This document shows positions 55,206-64,000 of a stretch of DNA of 64,000 nucleotides, piece after piece. The DNA comes from Ignavibacteriota bacterium. Its GTDB lineage: Bacteria > Bacteroidota > Ignavibacteria > UBA10030 > SZUA-254. Position numbers and translations under genes: made by a program. A model generated the notes under the pieces. The model saw only the letters and a list, made by a program, of their open reading frames with translations, did no database searches and was not told the origin of the DNA. The DNA is taken from NCBI GenBank assembly GCA_025358305.1, contig JANYJZ010000032.1, positions 26,904 to 90,903 of the forward strand. Reading direction: 5' to 3'. Every line of letters begins with the position of its first letter. Within the stretch, counting starts at the first letter, position 1.

Positions 55206-55460
55206 CACCGCCCACCCCCGCCCTTTTTTCGTTCGCCCGTCCCACGCGCGGGCCGCTTGAGTACGTTGCTTGAGCACGTCCAAGATGGCGTGCAACTTTC
55301 CTTCCCTTTTCCTACATTTGCGTCCATGACGCAACCCCCGAGAGTACGCATCCCGGCAGCGCGCGGCCGAAGATCCGCGGCAACCATGGCGGGAGCGACC
55401 ATTCGGTCGCACACACCCCCGCCCCTCGTCTATCAAGCGCGTAAGAAAGGACGAACATCG

Positions 55461-56669
55461 ATGAAAACTCTCTCTCTCCTTCTCATGCTTTTTGTCCTGG
55501 CCTGCCCGGGGATCTCGCAAAGCCCTGTGCATGGATCGATCGAACTCGTTGAAAGCATACCGGTCGAGACCGTGCTCGACAACCCGGAGATAGCGAACAC
55601 GCCGGAGGTCTGGCACGGCATGATCGCCTCGGCGAAGACCTCGCTCGACATCGAGGAGTTCTACATTTCGGACAAACCGGGCGAACCCTTGGAGGCGATC
55701 CTCGCGGAGATCGTCAAGGCGGGCGAGCGCGGCGTGAGCGTCCGGATCCTCGCCGACTCGAGGATGTTCAAGACCTACCCTGAGAGCGTCACGCGCCTCG
55801 GAACGTTGAAGAACATCGAGTCGCGCACCATCGATTACGGCAAGCTCGCCGGCGGCATCCAGCATGCAAAGTACTTCATCGTGGACGGCAAGGAGATTTT
55901 CCTCGGGAGCCAGAATTTCGACTGGCGCTCCCTGAAGCATATCCACGAGCTCGGGCTCCGCATACGGAGCGAGGAGCTCGTCGGCCCGTACCGCGACATC
56001 TTCAACCTCGACTGGACGCTCGCCTCGGACCCGAAGGCGCCCGTACCGGCGCGAGTCTACGGCGGGCCCGTGCGCGTTGCGCTTCCCTCGGGCGATACCG
56101 TCTCCTTCCGTCCGACGGCGAGCCCACGGTCGCTTCTGGCCGATTCGACGATGTGGGACGAGACGAACATCGTGGCGCTGATCGACGGCGCGCGAGCTGA
56201 GGTCTCCTGCCAGTTCCTCACCTACTCCCCCGCCGGCCGCGACAAGAGCTCCTACGCGGTCCTCGAGGACGCGCTCAAGCGCGCAGCCTCACGCGGCGTC
56301 AAGGTCTCGATGATCGTCGCCGACTGGGGAAAGAACCATCCGACGGTCGACTACCTCGAGACCCTCGCGACAGTCCCGAACATCCAGGTGAAGTTCAGCG
56401 AGATCCCGGAGTGGAGCGGCGGATATATCTCCTTCGCTCGGGTCGAGCACTTGAAGTACGTCATCGCGGACGCGGATGCGTTCTGGCTTGGCACGGCGAA
56501 CGCCGAGAAGAGCTATTTCTACAACACCCGGAACGTCGGCGCGGTCATCCGGGGTTCGGCCCTCACGGCGCAGATGCGGAAGATCTTCCTCAAGAGTTGG
56601 GACGGGCCGTATACGGCCCTCATCACGCCCGCGACGCAGTACAAACCCCGTGATCACGGCGAACATTGA
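55461..56669 (+). CDS. Phospholipase D superfamily protein (PLD3/PLD4/vaccinia K4-like), exported
   Basis: Signal peptide MKTLSLLL..; LVESIP, HAKYFIVD...GSQNFDWRSL..ELG, HLKYVIAD...GTAN; SD AAAGGA. Confidence 0.85.
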   Translation: MKTLSLLLMLFVLACPGISQSPVHGSIELVESIPVETVLDNPEIANTPEVWHGMIASAKTSLDIEEFYISDKPGEPLEAILAEIVKAGERGVSVRILADSRMFKTYPESVTRLGTLKNIESRTIDYGKLAGGIQHAKYFIVDGKEIFLGSQNFDWRSLKHIHELGLRIRSEELVGPYRDIFNLDWTLASDPKAPVPARVYGGPVRVALPSGDTVSFRPTASPRSLLADSTMWDETNIVALIDGARAEVSCQFLTYSPAGRDKSSYAVLEDALKRAASRGVKVSMIVADWGKNHPTVDYLETLATVPNIQVKFSEIPEWSGGYISFARVEHLKYVIADADAFWLGTANAEKSYFYNTRNVGAVIRGSALTAQMRKIFLKSWDGPYTALITPATQYKPRDHGEH

Positions 56670-56729
56670 CGAAGTGCCACAAGGGCCGTCATCTGACGGC
56701 TCCACCCTCATCACAAAGGAGCAGCAGCG

Positions 56730-57434
56730 ATGGATGCAAAGGAGATACTCAGGCAGATCGAATCGTTCGGAGACCCACGGATCAAAAAGGTCCTACTGGA
56801 GCACGGCGCGAAAGAGCCGCTCGCCGGCGTGAAGGTCGGCGACCTCAAAAAGATCCAACAACGCGTCAAGGTCAACCACGATATCGCCCTGAAGCTCTTC
56901 GAGACCGGCCATTACGACGCGATGTATCTTGCAGGTCTCATCGCCGATGACATGCTCATGACGAAGAAGGACCTCGAGCGCTGGTCCCAGACCGCGTACG
57001 CAGGTATCGCCGAGTACACGCTCCCCTGGGTCGCCGCCCAGGGACGCTTCGGGTGGGAAATGGGCCTCGCCTGGACCCTATCGAAGAAGGAGACGGTCGC
57101 CTCCGCCGGCTGGATGACCCTCTCGTCGGTCGTCGCGATGACGCCCGACGACGCGCTCGACATGAAAGCGCTCACCGCGCTCCTCGCCCGCGCCAAGAAG
57201 GAGATCCACAAGGCGCCGAACCGCATTCGGTCGGCGATGAACGCGTTCCTCATCGCCGTGGGGTGCTATGTCGTGCCGCTCTCAAAGAATGCCGTCGCCG
57301 CCGCCCAAGCGATCGGCGAGGTCTCCGTCGACGTCGGCGGGACGGCGTGCAAGGTCCCTTTTGCGCCCGACTACATCAAGAAGGTCGCCGCCCGCGGATC
57401 CCTCGGCAAGAAGCGCAAGAGCGTCAAGTGCTGA
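56730..57434 (+). CDS. DNA alkylation repair protein (AlkD-like)
   Basis: GVKVGDLK, TGHYDAMYLAGLIAD, AMN.F.IAVG, G.V.VD.G.T.CKVP. Confidence 0.8.
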   Translation: MDAKEILRQIESFGDPRIKKVLLEHGAKEPLAGVKVGDLKKIQQRVKVNHDIALKLFETGHYDAMYLAGLIADDMLMTKKDLERWSQTAYAGIAEYTLPWVAAQGRFGWEMGLAWTLSKKETVASAGWMTLSSVVAMTPDDALDMKALTALLARAKKEIHKAPNRIRSAMNAFLIAVGCYVVPLSKNAVAAAQAIGEVSVDVGGTACKVPFAPDYIKKVAARGSLGKKRKSVKC

Positions 57435-57450
57435 CTCGGCGCGCCAAGGC

Positions 57451-58230
57451 ATGAAGGACAACTTCTCGAAACAATCCGGGCTCTACGCGCAGTTTCGGCC
57501 GCAATACCCTCGGGAGCTTGTCGCGTTCCTCTTGTCGCACGTCCCGGGACGCTCTCTGGCGTGGGACTCGGGCACGGGGAACGGCCAGTTCGCCCGCGAA
57601 CTCGCCCGTGTGTTCGAGACCGTCTGCGCCACCGACGTGAGCCCGGAACAGATCTCGCACGCTCGGCCTGGGCCCAACATCCGCTACAGCGTCGGTGCGG
57701 CCGAAGCGTCGTCGTTCCCGGACGGCAGCTTCGATCTCGTCTGCGCGGCCCAAGCCGTCCGCTGGTTCGACTTCGGGCGGCTCTACCAGGAGGTCTACCG
57801 CGTCCTGAAGCCCTCAGGGGTCTTCGCGGTGGCGGGCTATTCCCTCTGCACGGTCGGCCAGGAGCTCGATCCAGCGCTCCGTACGTTCTACACAGACGTC
57901 GTCGGGCCGTACTGGGACGCCGAGCGCCATCTCGTCGATGCGCACTACCGCACGATCCCCTTTCCCCTGCGCGAGATACCCTGCCCGGAGTTCGCCGAGC
58001 ACTTCCAATGGACCGTCGACGAGTTCATCGGATACGTCCGGACCTGGTCGGCGGTCCAGCACTATGTCGACGCGATGTCCGCCGACCCGACCGAGTCCCT
58101 GCGGACGGAACTCGTACGCACATGGCACCGGAGCGTGAAGCGCGATGTCGCATTCCCGTTCTTCCTCAGGATGGGGACACCCGATGAGCGGCTCCTGGAC
58201 CGGCATCACGCCGGGGGAGCGCAGAGTTAA
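57451..58230 (+). CDS. Class I SAM-dependent methyltransferase
   Basis: MKDNFS.QS..YA.FRP.YP, AWDSGTGNGQ, AQAV.WFD, GY.RTWSA. Confidence 0.88.
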   Translation: MKDNFSKQSGLYAQFRPQYPRELVAFLLSHVPGRSLAWDSGTGNGQFARELARVFETVCATDVSPEQISHARPGPNIRYSVGAAEASSFPDGSFDLVCAAQAVRWFDFGRLYQEVYRVLKPSGVFAVAGYSLCTVGQELDPALRTFYTDVVGPYWDAERHLVDAHYRTIPFPLREIPCPEFAEHFQWTVDEFIGYVRTWSAVQHYVDAMSADPTESLRTELVRTWHRSVKRDVAFPFFLRMGTPDERLLDRHHAGGAQS

Positions 58231-58232
58231 TT

Positions 58233-58901
58233 ATGGACCCGACGGACCGACCGCGCGTCAAGATCTGCTGCATCAGTTCGGCCGCCGAAGCTCAGGTGGC
58301 GATCCGCCACGGCGCTTCTGCCGTCGGCCTGGTGTCGAGTATGCCGAGCGGCCCGGGGGTCATCGACGACGAACGCATACGGACGATCGCCTCGGGCATG
58401 CCGAGCGGGATCTCCTCCTTCCTCCTGACGAGCCGCCGCACGACGGACTCGATCATCGATCAGATGCGGCTCACCGGGGCGACGACGGTCCAGATTTGCG
58501 ACACGCTCGACCGAGGCACCTACGCCGATCTCGCCTTAGCCTTGCCGGGGGTGACGATCGTGCAGGTCGTCCACGTCACCGGCCCAGACTCGGTGGACGA
58601 GGCCCTGGCCGTCGCGGAGCACGTCGACGCGCTTCTCTTGGATTCCGGGAACCCGTCGCTCCCGGTGAAGGAACTCGGCGGTACGGGACGGACGCACGAC
58701 TGGAGCGTGAGCGCCGAGATCCGCCGGCGCGCGGCCGTCCCAGTGTACCTCGCCGGGGGCCTCCATTCGGGCAATGTCGGTGAGGCCATCCGGAGAGTCG
58801 GGCCGTACGGCCTCGACGTCTGCAGCGGGGTCCGCACCCGAGGAGCGCTCGATCCGGCGAAACTTGCCTCCTTTTTCCATGAGATCCGTCTCGCGCGCTA
58901 A
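58233..58901 (+). CDS. trpF: Phosphoribosylanthranilate isomerase (stand-alone TrpF-like)
   Basis: VKICC, LLLDS, GGTGRTHDW, LAGGL, DVCSGV. Confidence 0.8.
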   Translation: MDPTDRPRVKICCISSAAEAQVAIRHGASAVGLVSSMPSGPGVIDDERIRTIASGMPSGISSFLLTSRRTTDSIIDQMRLTGATTVQICDTLDRGTYADLALALPGVTIVQVVHVTGPDSVDEALAVAEHVDALLLDSGNPSLPVKELGGTGRTHDWSVSAEIRRRAAVPVYLAGGLHSGNVGEAIRRVGPYGLDVCSGVRTRGALDPAKLASFFHEIRLAR

Positions 58902-58971
58902 ACCCGTGCCGAGACACAGAGCGCACCGCTCGCCTCCTCCCGTCAATATCCGCGTTTCTTCCCCCAGGCCG

Positions 58972-59000
58972 TGTCAACCTTTTCACCCCTGCCTCCGTCT
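58972..59000 (+). promoter_or_regulatory. ECF-type (probably autoregulatory) promoter
   Basis: TGTCAAC-N17-CGTCT directly upstream of the ECF sigma gene. Confidence 0.55.
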
Positions 59001-59024
59001 TATATGACAGATTCAGGAGATCTC

Positions 59025-59609
59025 GTGACAGATGAGAAAGAATTGATCCACCGAGCGCAGTCCGGCGATACCGCAGCGTTCCGCGCACTCGTGGAGCGCT
59101 CGAGACTCCACGTCTTCCGCCTCGCCTACGACATGACGGGGAACCGTCACGACGCGGAGGATCTGTCACAGGATGTCTTTGTCAAAGCCTACCGGTCCCT
59201 CCACGCCTTCCGCGGCGATGCGAAATGGAGCACGTGGCTCTACCGGATCACGATGAACGCCTGCCTCGACCACCGCGGGGCGGCATCCCGAAAACCCATG
59301 AACACACACGAACCCTTGAACGACGAGATCTTGCCGAGCCAGGCGCATGCGGGAGAGGTGACCCCCGACCGGGCCGCGGAGTCGCGGATCCTCGGCCGTC
59401 ACATCGACGCCGCTCTCGGCCGGCTTTCCAACCGCGAGCGCGCCGTCTTCACCTTGCGGCACTATCACGACCTCCCCCTGAAGGAGATCGCCTCCGCCCT
59501 CGAGATCACGGAGGGGAGCGTCAAGTCGTACCTCTTTCGGGCGTTGGCGCACCTCCAAGAGGACCTCTCGTTCTATCGGAACGATCCCGGAATGGAGCAC
59601 GCATCATGA
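59025..59609 (+). CDS. ECF RNA polymerase sigma factor
   Basis: GD..AF..LV, DAEDLSQDVF, WLYRI..N, EIA..L....GSVKS.L.RA; GTG 59025 behind AGGAG (alternative ATG 59004). Confidence 0.93.
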   Translation: MTDEKELIHRAQSGDTAAFRALVERSRLHVFRLAYDMTGNRHDAEDLSQDVFVKAYRSLHAFRGDAKWSTWLYRITMNACLDHRGAASRKPMNTHEPLNDEILPSQAHAGEVTPDRAAESRILGRHIDAALGRLSNRERAVFTLRHYHDLPLKEIASALEITEGSVKSYLFRALAHLQEDLSFYRNDPGMEHAS

Positions 59610-60421
59610 CACACGAAGAATGCCAGGACAGATTCGCGGAACTCCTCTACGGCGGGCTCGAACCAGACGACGCCGCCGTGTGCCGGGAACACTTGCGGGG
59701 CTGCGACGGGTGCGCGAAGGCCTTCGCGGCACTCGAGTCGACGCGCTCCCTGATGGACCGGCGCGTCCGAGACGAGCCCGGCGAGGCGTACTGGGCGTCG
59801 TACTGGTCCCGGATCGAATCCCGGATCGGGTCGACCGCACCGAAGAGCGAAGCCGCCTCGCGGAGGCCGACGCCGATCTTCCGCTTGCCCAGCGCGTGGC
59901 TGGCCGGCGCGGCGGCGATCCTCCTCGTCGGGTTCGGGATCTACCTCGGACGGAACATCCTAGGGACCGCACCCTCCCCGGCCGAGGTCGCGCTGCAACC
60001 CCCGACCGCATTGCATACGAGCGGCGAGGACTCCCTCGCCGCGCGGACCGCGTCGTACCTCGAGCGTTCCAAGGTCCTTCTGCAGGGGATCGTCAATCAG
60101 GACGACCTCCAAGGGACCTTCGGCTCCGTCGAGCGCCAGCGGCGGATCTCGCGCCAGCTCATCGGCGAGGCGCACGTCCTTTCGGCTGCGCTGAAACAGC
60201 CGGACCAGCAGCAGGTCCGGGAGCTCATCGCCGACTTGCAGATCATCCTCCTCCAGCTGGCGAACATCGAGGTGGAGCCCGGCACGCCGGCGATCGAGCT
60301 CGTGAAGCAGGGCGTGGACCATAAGTCCATTCTTCTCAAGATCCGCGTGGAGGAACTCCGGGCGCTCTCGCGCCGGACCTCCACCCAAGCGGCGGCCGAC
60401 ACCGCCAGAACACATCTCTAA
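59606..60421 (+). CDS. Anti-sigma factor, zf-HC2 (ZAS) domain plus TM helix
   Basis: MTHEEC...HLRGCDGC, one TM (WLAGAAAILLVGFGIYLG), helical extracytoplasmic domain; ATGA overlap with the sigma gene. Confidence 0.88.
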   Translation: MTHEECQDRFAELLYGGLEPDDAAVCREHLRGCDGCAKAFAALESTRSLMDRRVRDEPGEAYWASYWSRIESRIGSTAPKSEAASRRPTPIFRLPSAWLAGAAAILLVGFGIYLGRNILGTAPSPAEVALQPPTALHTSGEDSLAARTASYLERSKVLLQGIVNQDDLQGTFGSVERQRRISRQLIGEAHVLSAALKQPDQQQVRELIADLQIILLQLANIEVEPGTPAIELVKQGVDHKSILLKIRVEELRALSRRTSTQAAADTARTHL

Positions 60422-60436
60422 CCCTAAGGAGCGACC

Positions 60437-62020
60437 ATGCAACGACACGCAATGAGATCAGCCGTCATCACCGCCGGAGCCATCCTTCTGCTCTTCGCCG
60501 GCGCACTTCGCTCCCCCCTCGGCGCCCAGGAGAAGGCCTCCGCTGCGTACGAGAAAGCCTACGGATACATCCTCGACGAGCGGTGGACGGACGCCCAAAA
60601 GGCGCTCGGCGAGTTTCTTCGGTCGTACCCGAAGAGCACGTATGCCGATGCCGCACAGTACTGGCACTGCTATACCCGAGAGAAGCTCGGCGAGAGCGCC
60701 GAGGAGGTTTACCGCTGCTTTAAGGAGTTCATCTCCGCCTATCCAAAGAGCAAGTGGGCAGATGACGCAAAGAACAACCTCATCACCCTCGGCACGAAGC
60801 TCGCCAAAGAAGGTAAGCCCGAGTACGCGGCGAGCATCAAGGGGAGCGACAGCGACGAGGATGACGACGTGAAGCTCGCGGCGCTCAACGCTCTCGGCAA
60901 CATGGGAAGCACCGAGGCGACCTCGACCCTCGTCCGACTCTACGACCAGACCTCCGACGACCGGATGCGCGAGAAGATCGTCTATATCCTCGCGAACAAC
61001 GAGTCGGATGATGCGCTCAAGAAGCTCGCCGAGATCGCCGGAAAGGACCGCGCCCTCCCCGTCCGCAAGGCGGCTATCAACGCCCTGAGCAATCATGGCG
61101 GCAAGGAGGCAGAATCGGTCCTCATCGATATCCTGAAGAACGGGAAGGACACCGAGATGCGCTCTACGGCGCTCTACGCGCTCGCCAACACGGGCTCCGC
61201 ATCGAGCATCCCTCTCCTCGGCGAGATCGCCCGGACGGAGACCGACAAGGGGCTCGCTCAAGCGGCCGCCTACGCGCTCGGCAACATGGAGAACACCCAG
61301 TCGACGGATGAACTCCGGCGCACGCTCAAGGAGGGCCGTCTGAAGGAAGCTCGGGTCGCGGCGATGTACGCGCTCGGTAACCGTGGCGATGCAGCAGCCG
61401 TGAGCATCCTGAAGGAAGCCGCCCTCACTGATGCCTCGGAAGATCTCGGGACGGCCGCCGCGTACTCCCTCGGGAATCTCCACGACGCTCAAGCGATCGA
61501 GGCGTTGAAGGAGATCGTCGCCAAGAGCGCGTTCCCGAAGACACAGGAAGCCGCGATCTACAGTCTCGGGAACACCGGAGATGCGTCTGCGCGGGAATTC
61601 CTGCTCCATACCGCACTGACGAGCACCGATGATCGTATCGGCAAAACAGCGCTCTATGCGCTCTGTAACTCTGAAGGGCACGACCGCGCCAAGAACATGC
61701 TTGAGATCGTGAAGAATGCCCGATCGCGGGATGTCCGAAAACAGGCACTCTTTCAGATCGGCAACGGCGAGGACGCGGAAGGGATCCCCATCCTTGGGAA
61801 GATCATTCGCGAGGAGAAGGACCCCGAGATGCTCGTCGGCGCGATCTACGCGCTCGGCGGGACCCAGAATGACGATGCGGTGCCCTTCCTCGTCGAGGCC
61901 GCGGGGAAGGACCGGGACAAGAAGGTCCGGAGCGCCGCGGTGAACGCCCTCGGTCAGATCGGCACGGCAAAGGCCCGCGCGGCCCTCCTGGACATCCTCC
62001 AGGGGAAAGGAAAGGAGTAG
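60437..62020 (+). CDS. Exported TPR/BamD-like plus HEAT-repeat protein
   Basis: Signal peptide; YPKS..ADAA..W segments; 12 repeats of about 32 aa with A.YALGN. Confidence 0.85.
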   Translation: MQRHAMRSAVITAGAILLLFAGALRSPLGAQEKASAAYEKAYGYILDERWTDAQKALGEFLRSYPKSTYADAAQYWHCYTREKLGESAEEVYRCFKEFISAYPKSKWADDAKNNLITLGTKLAKEGKPEYAASIKGSDSDEDDDVKLAALNALGNMGSTEATSTLVRLYDQTSDDRMREKIVYILANNESDDALKKLAEIAGKDRALPVRKAAINALSNHGGKEAESVLIDILKNGKDTEMRSTALYALANTGSASSIPLLGEIARTETDKGLAQAAAYALGNMENTQSTDELRRTLKEGRLKEARVAAMYALGNRGDAAAVSILKEAALTDASEDLGTAAAYSLGNLHDAQAIEALKEIVAKSAFPKTQEAAIYSLGNTGDASAREFLLHTALTSTDDRIGKTALYALCNSEGHDRAKNMLEIVKNARSRDVRKQALFQIGNGEDAEGIPILGKIIREEKDPEMLVGAIYALGGTQNDDAVPFLVEAAGKDRDKKVRSAAVNALGQIGTAKARAALLDILQGKGKE

Positions 62021-62024
62021 CGCC

Positions 62025-63107
62025 ATGACCCCGAGAACTCTCTTCACCTGGAGCATCCTGATGCTGGTCACGGCCGGATCGGCCTTGGGCGGCCAGGAGG
62101 TCATCCGGCAGCCGCAGAGCGCGGGGGATCTCGCGCACAGGTGGGCGTGGGCCCAGCAAGAGGCCGCGCACCGAGGCGAGAAGCGCTACTGGATCGGTTA
62201 TTCGATCGTAAAAATGATGCCGGAAGGATCGTTCACCGGAACGTTCTACAGCGATGAACGGCGGAACCGCCCCGCGCTGCGCGAGGTCCTCGCCGGCACG
62301 AAGGTCGAGGAGATCGCCGCCGGCGCCCATGGCTCGCGCCTGGTCCCGAAGGAGGTCGCGTTCCTCTTTTCCATCGAACCTTCGGACGCCGGTGCCGGTA
62401 GGGTCCGGGAGGTGCGCATTTCAAATCTGACGCTTCATGTCGAGCTGGACAGGAAGCCGCTCTTCTGGCTCGAAGGGGCTCCCGACGGCGAGAGCACGGC
62501 GCTCCTGTCGAAGGAATTTGCGGAATCGGACCTGGAGGCGGTGAAGGAAGATATCGTGCAGGGGATCGGAATGCATGAAGAGTCGGCGCTCGCCCTCCCG
62601 TTCTTGCGTAGCGTCATCGCCGGGAACGAACCGAAGGACCTCAGAAGCCGCGCAGCGATGGCGCTCGGCCAGATCCGGAGTGCGGAGTCCCTCGCGCTCC
62701 TCGGCGAGGCGGTCGAACACGACCCTTCCGAGGAGGTCCGGGCACAGGCGGTCGAGGCGATCGGCCAGATGGACAGCGCCTTCGGATTGGAAACGGTGAT
62801 CCGGTTCGCCCGGGACCGCCGGCTTGACGCGGAGACCCGCCGAAAGGCGATCTCTGCGCTCAGCCAGATCGCTTCGGCCAAAGCGGTACGCACGCTCTCG
62901 GAGATCACGGAAAAGGACGAGGACGCGGAGGTCCAGCGCCAAGCGCTCTACGCGCTCGCCCAAACCGAAGGCGGCGGCATCGATGCGATCATCGCGATCG
63001 CGAAGACGAATCCGAACAGGAAGCTCCGGCGCGACGCGATCTACATGCTGGGGGAATCGGACGATCCCCGGGCCTTTGAGACGCTCCTGGCGATCATCCG
63101 GGAATAG
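62025..63107 (+). CDS. Exported HEAT-repeat protein
   Basis: Signal peptide; N-terminal YWIGYSI domain; about 6 HEAT repeats (R..A..ALGQ). Confidence 0.8.
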   Translation: MTPRTLFTWSILMLVTAGSALGGQEVIRQPQSAGDLAHRWAWAQQEAAHRGEKRYWIGYSIVKMMPEGSFTGTFYSDERRNRPALREVLAGTKVEEIAAGAHGSRLVPKEVAFLFSIEPSDAGAGRVREVRISNLTLHVELDRKPLFWLEGAPDGESTALLSKEFAESDLEAVKEDIVQGIGMHEESALALPFLRSVIAGNEPKDLRSRAAMALGQIRSAESLALLGEAVEHDPSEEVRAQAVEAIGQMDSAFGLETVIRFARDRRLDAETRRKAISALSQIASAKAVRTLSEITEKDEDAEVQRQALYALAQTEGGGIDAIIAIAKTNPNRKLRRDAIYMLGESDDPRAFETLLAIIRE

Positions 63108-63120
63108 GACCCTTGGAGGG

Positions 63121-63426
63121 CTACGCTTCTTCCGGGCCGCCGGCGAGGCTCTTGCGGCCGCGGATCATCTGCGTGTAGAAGAACGGCCCCTCGACGAGCG
63201 TCAGGAGCATCAGGGAAGCGGTGTCGCGGTCGAACCAGGTCCCGAACCCCTTTTCATCCATGAAGAGCTTTACGATGACCGTCGAGATCGACCAGCCGAC
63301 GGAAAAGACAAGGAGGAGGAACGCGACTGCGAGGAGGCCTTCCTTGATATCCGACTCCTGCCAGCGCTTCGTGTAGAGCGCGGTCGCGGCGATGACATGA
63401 AGATAGAAGATGCCGAGTGTGATCAT
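63121..63426 (-). CDS. Hypothetical membrane protein
   Basis: 101 aa with 2-3 hydrophobic segments; GGAG SD; follows the sugar transferase gene. Confidence 0.65.
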   Translation of the reverse strand: MITLGIFYLHVIAATALYTKRWQESDIKEGLLAVAFLLLVFSVGWSISTVIVKLFMDEKGFGTWFDRDTASLMLLTLVEGPFFYTQMIRGRKSLAGGPEEA

Positions 63427-63457
63427 ACGTCTCCGATCGTGGTGATGGTCGCGCCCG

Positions 63458-64000
63458 TCATGCGTGCCGGAAGAGTGCTCCCGCGGTCTTGAGCAGGATC
63501 TTGATGTCGAACCGGAGCGACCAGTTCTCGATATAGTAGATGTCGTACTTGATCCGCTCCTCGAGCGACGAGTTGCCCCGAAGGCCGTTCACCTGCGCCC
63601 ACCCCGTCATCCCCGTCTTCACCCTGTGCCGGTCGAGATACTTCGGGATCCGGTCCTTGAACTGGTCGACGAAGTAGGTCCGTTCAGGACGCGGACCAAC
63701 GAGGCTCATGTCCCCCCGGAGGACGTTGAAGAGCTGCGGCAGCTCGTCGATGCTCGTCCGGCGCAGGACCTTTCCGACGCGCGTCTGCCGCGGGTCGTCC
63801 ACAATGCCGAGGCCGGCCTCCCGGTCCCCCTTCTCCGCCCCCGCCACCATTGTACGGAACTTGATCATCTCGAAGCGCTTCCCGTCGAGGCCGAGCCGCT
63901 CTTGCCGAAAGAAGACCGGCCCCGAGGAGCCGAGCCGGACCGCGACTGCGGCCGCGAGAAGGAACGGCGAGAGAACGACCAGGAGCGAGCCCGCCAAGAC
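63458..64000 (-). CDS. Polyprenyl-phosphate sugar phosphotransferase (WcaJ/WbaP family), C-terminal part
   Basis: [53 protein letters not shown]; truncated by the window edge. Confidence 0.92.
   Translation of the reverse strand, partial: VLAGSLLVVLSPFLLAAAVAVRLGSSGPVFFRQERLGLDGKRFEMIKFRTMVAGAEKGDREAGLGIVDDPRQTRVGKVLRRTSIDELPQLFNVLRGDMSLVGPRPERTYFVDQFKDRIPKYLDRHRVKTGMTGWAQVNGLRGNSSLEERIKYDIYYIENWSLRFDIKILLKTAGALFRHA

Noticed and set aside
57751-57770. AQAVRWFD in the methyltransferase, where the family usually has AQA.HWFD
   Set aside because: A single substitution that could be strain variation or a sequencing error; the ORF is otherwise intact
60458-62104. 548-aa minus-strand ORF opposite the HEAT gene, and similar shadow ORFs elsewhere (4..960, 52750..54198)
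   Set aside because: They mirror well-supported genes on the other strand and have low-information composition

Overview
High-GC (about 60-65% by eye) bacterial chromosome segment, most likely FCB/Bacteroidota sensu lato (Ignavibacteria-like). This placement rests on a T9SS sorting domain, the secY-map-infA order without adk, and DUF4905/DUF2723 genes. Layout: (1) 1-14.2 kb, minus strand: leuS, an LPS/surface-glycan cluster (three GT2, MsbA-like ABC transporter, O-antigen ligase, GT9, methyltransferase), then DUF1844-nadK-radA-rdgB and DUF4905-PhzF. (2) 14.3-46.3 kb, minus strand: one contiguous translation/transcription supercluster (tRNA Thr-Tyr-Gly-Thr, rpmG, tRNA-Trp, secE-nusG-rplKAJL-rpoBC, str, S10, spc and alpha operons) with a single tuf. 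(3) 46.3-64 kb, accessory genes: TMEM260/DUF2723 glycosyltransferase; EthD, an Oah-like crotonase, a pentaheme cytochrome c with a T9SS sorting domain and a PaaF-like crotonase; an Asp-box propeller protein; a 33-aa membrane microprotein; PLD3-like, AlkD-like, methyltransferase and TrpF genes; an ECF sigma/anti-sigma/two HEAT-repeat module; and a partial WcaJ-like gene. Two observations stand out. One is a tRNA-Gln(UUG) embedded in the spc operon between rplR and rpsE, whose leader carries a perfect 10-nt complement of the tRNA 5' strand (a candidate mRNA-versus-tRNA folding switch). The other is a multiheme cytochrome apparently exported by type IX secretion inside an acyl/aryl-CoA catabolic gene run. 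No CRISPR array, rRNA or mobile element was seen. All family calls come from motif recognition by eye; no searches were run.
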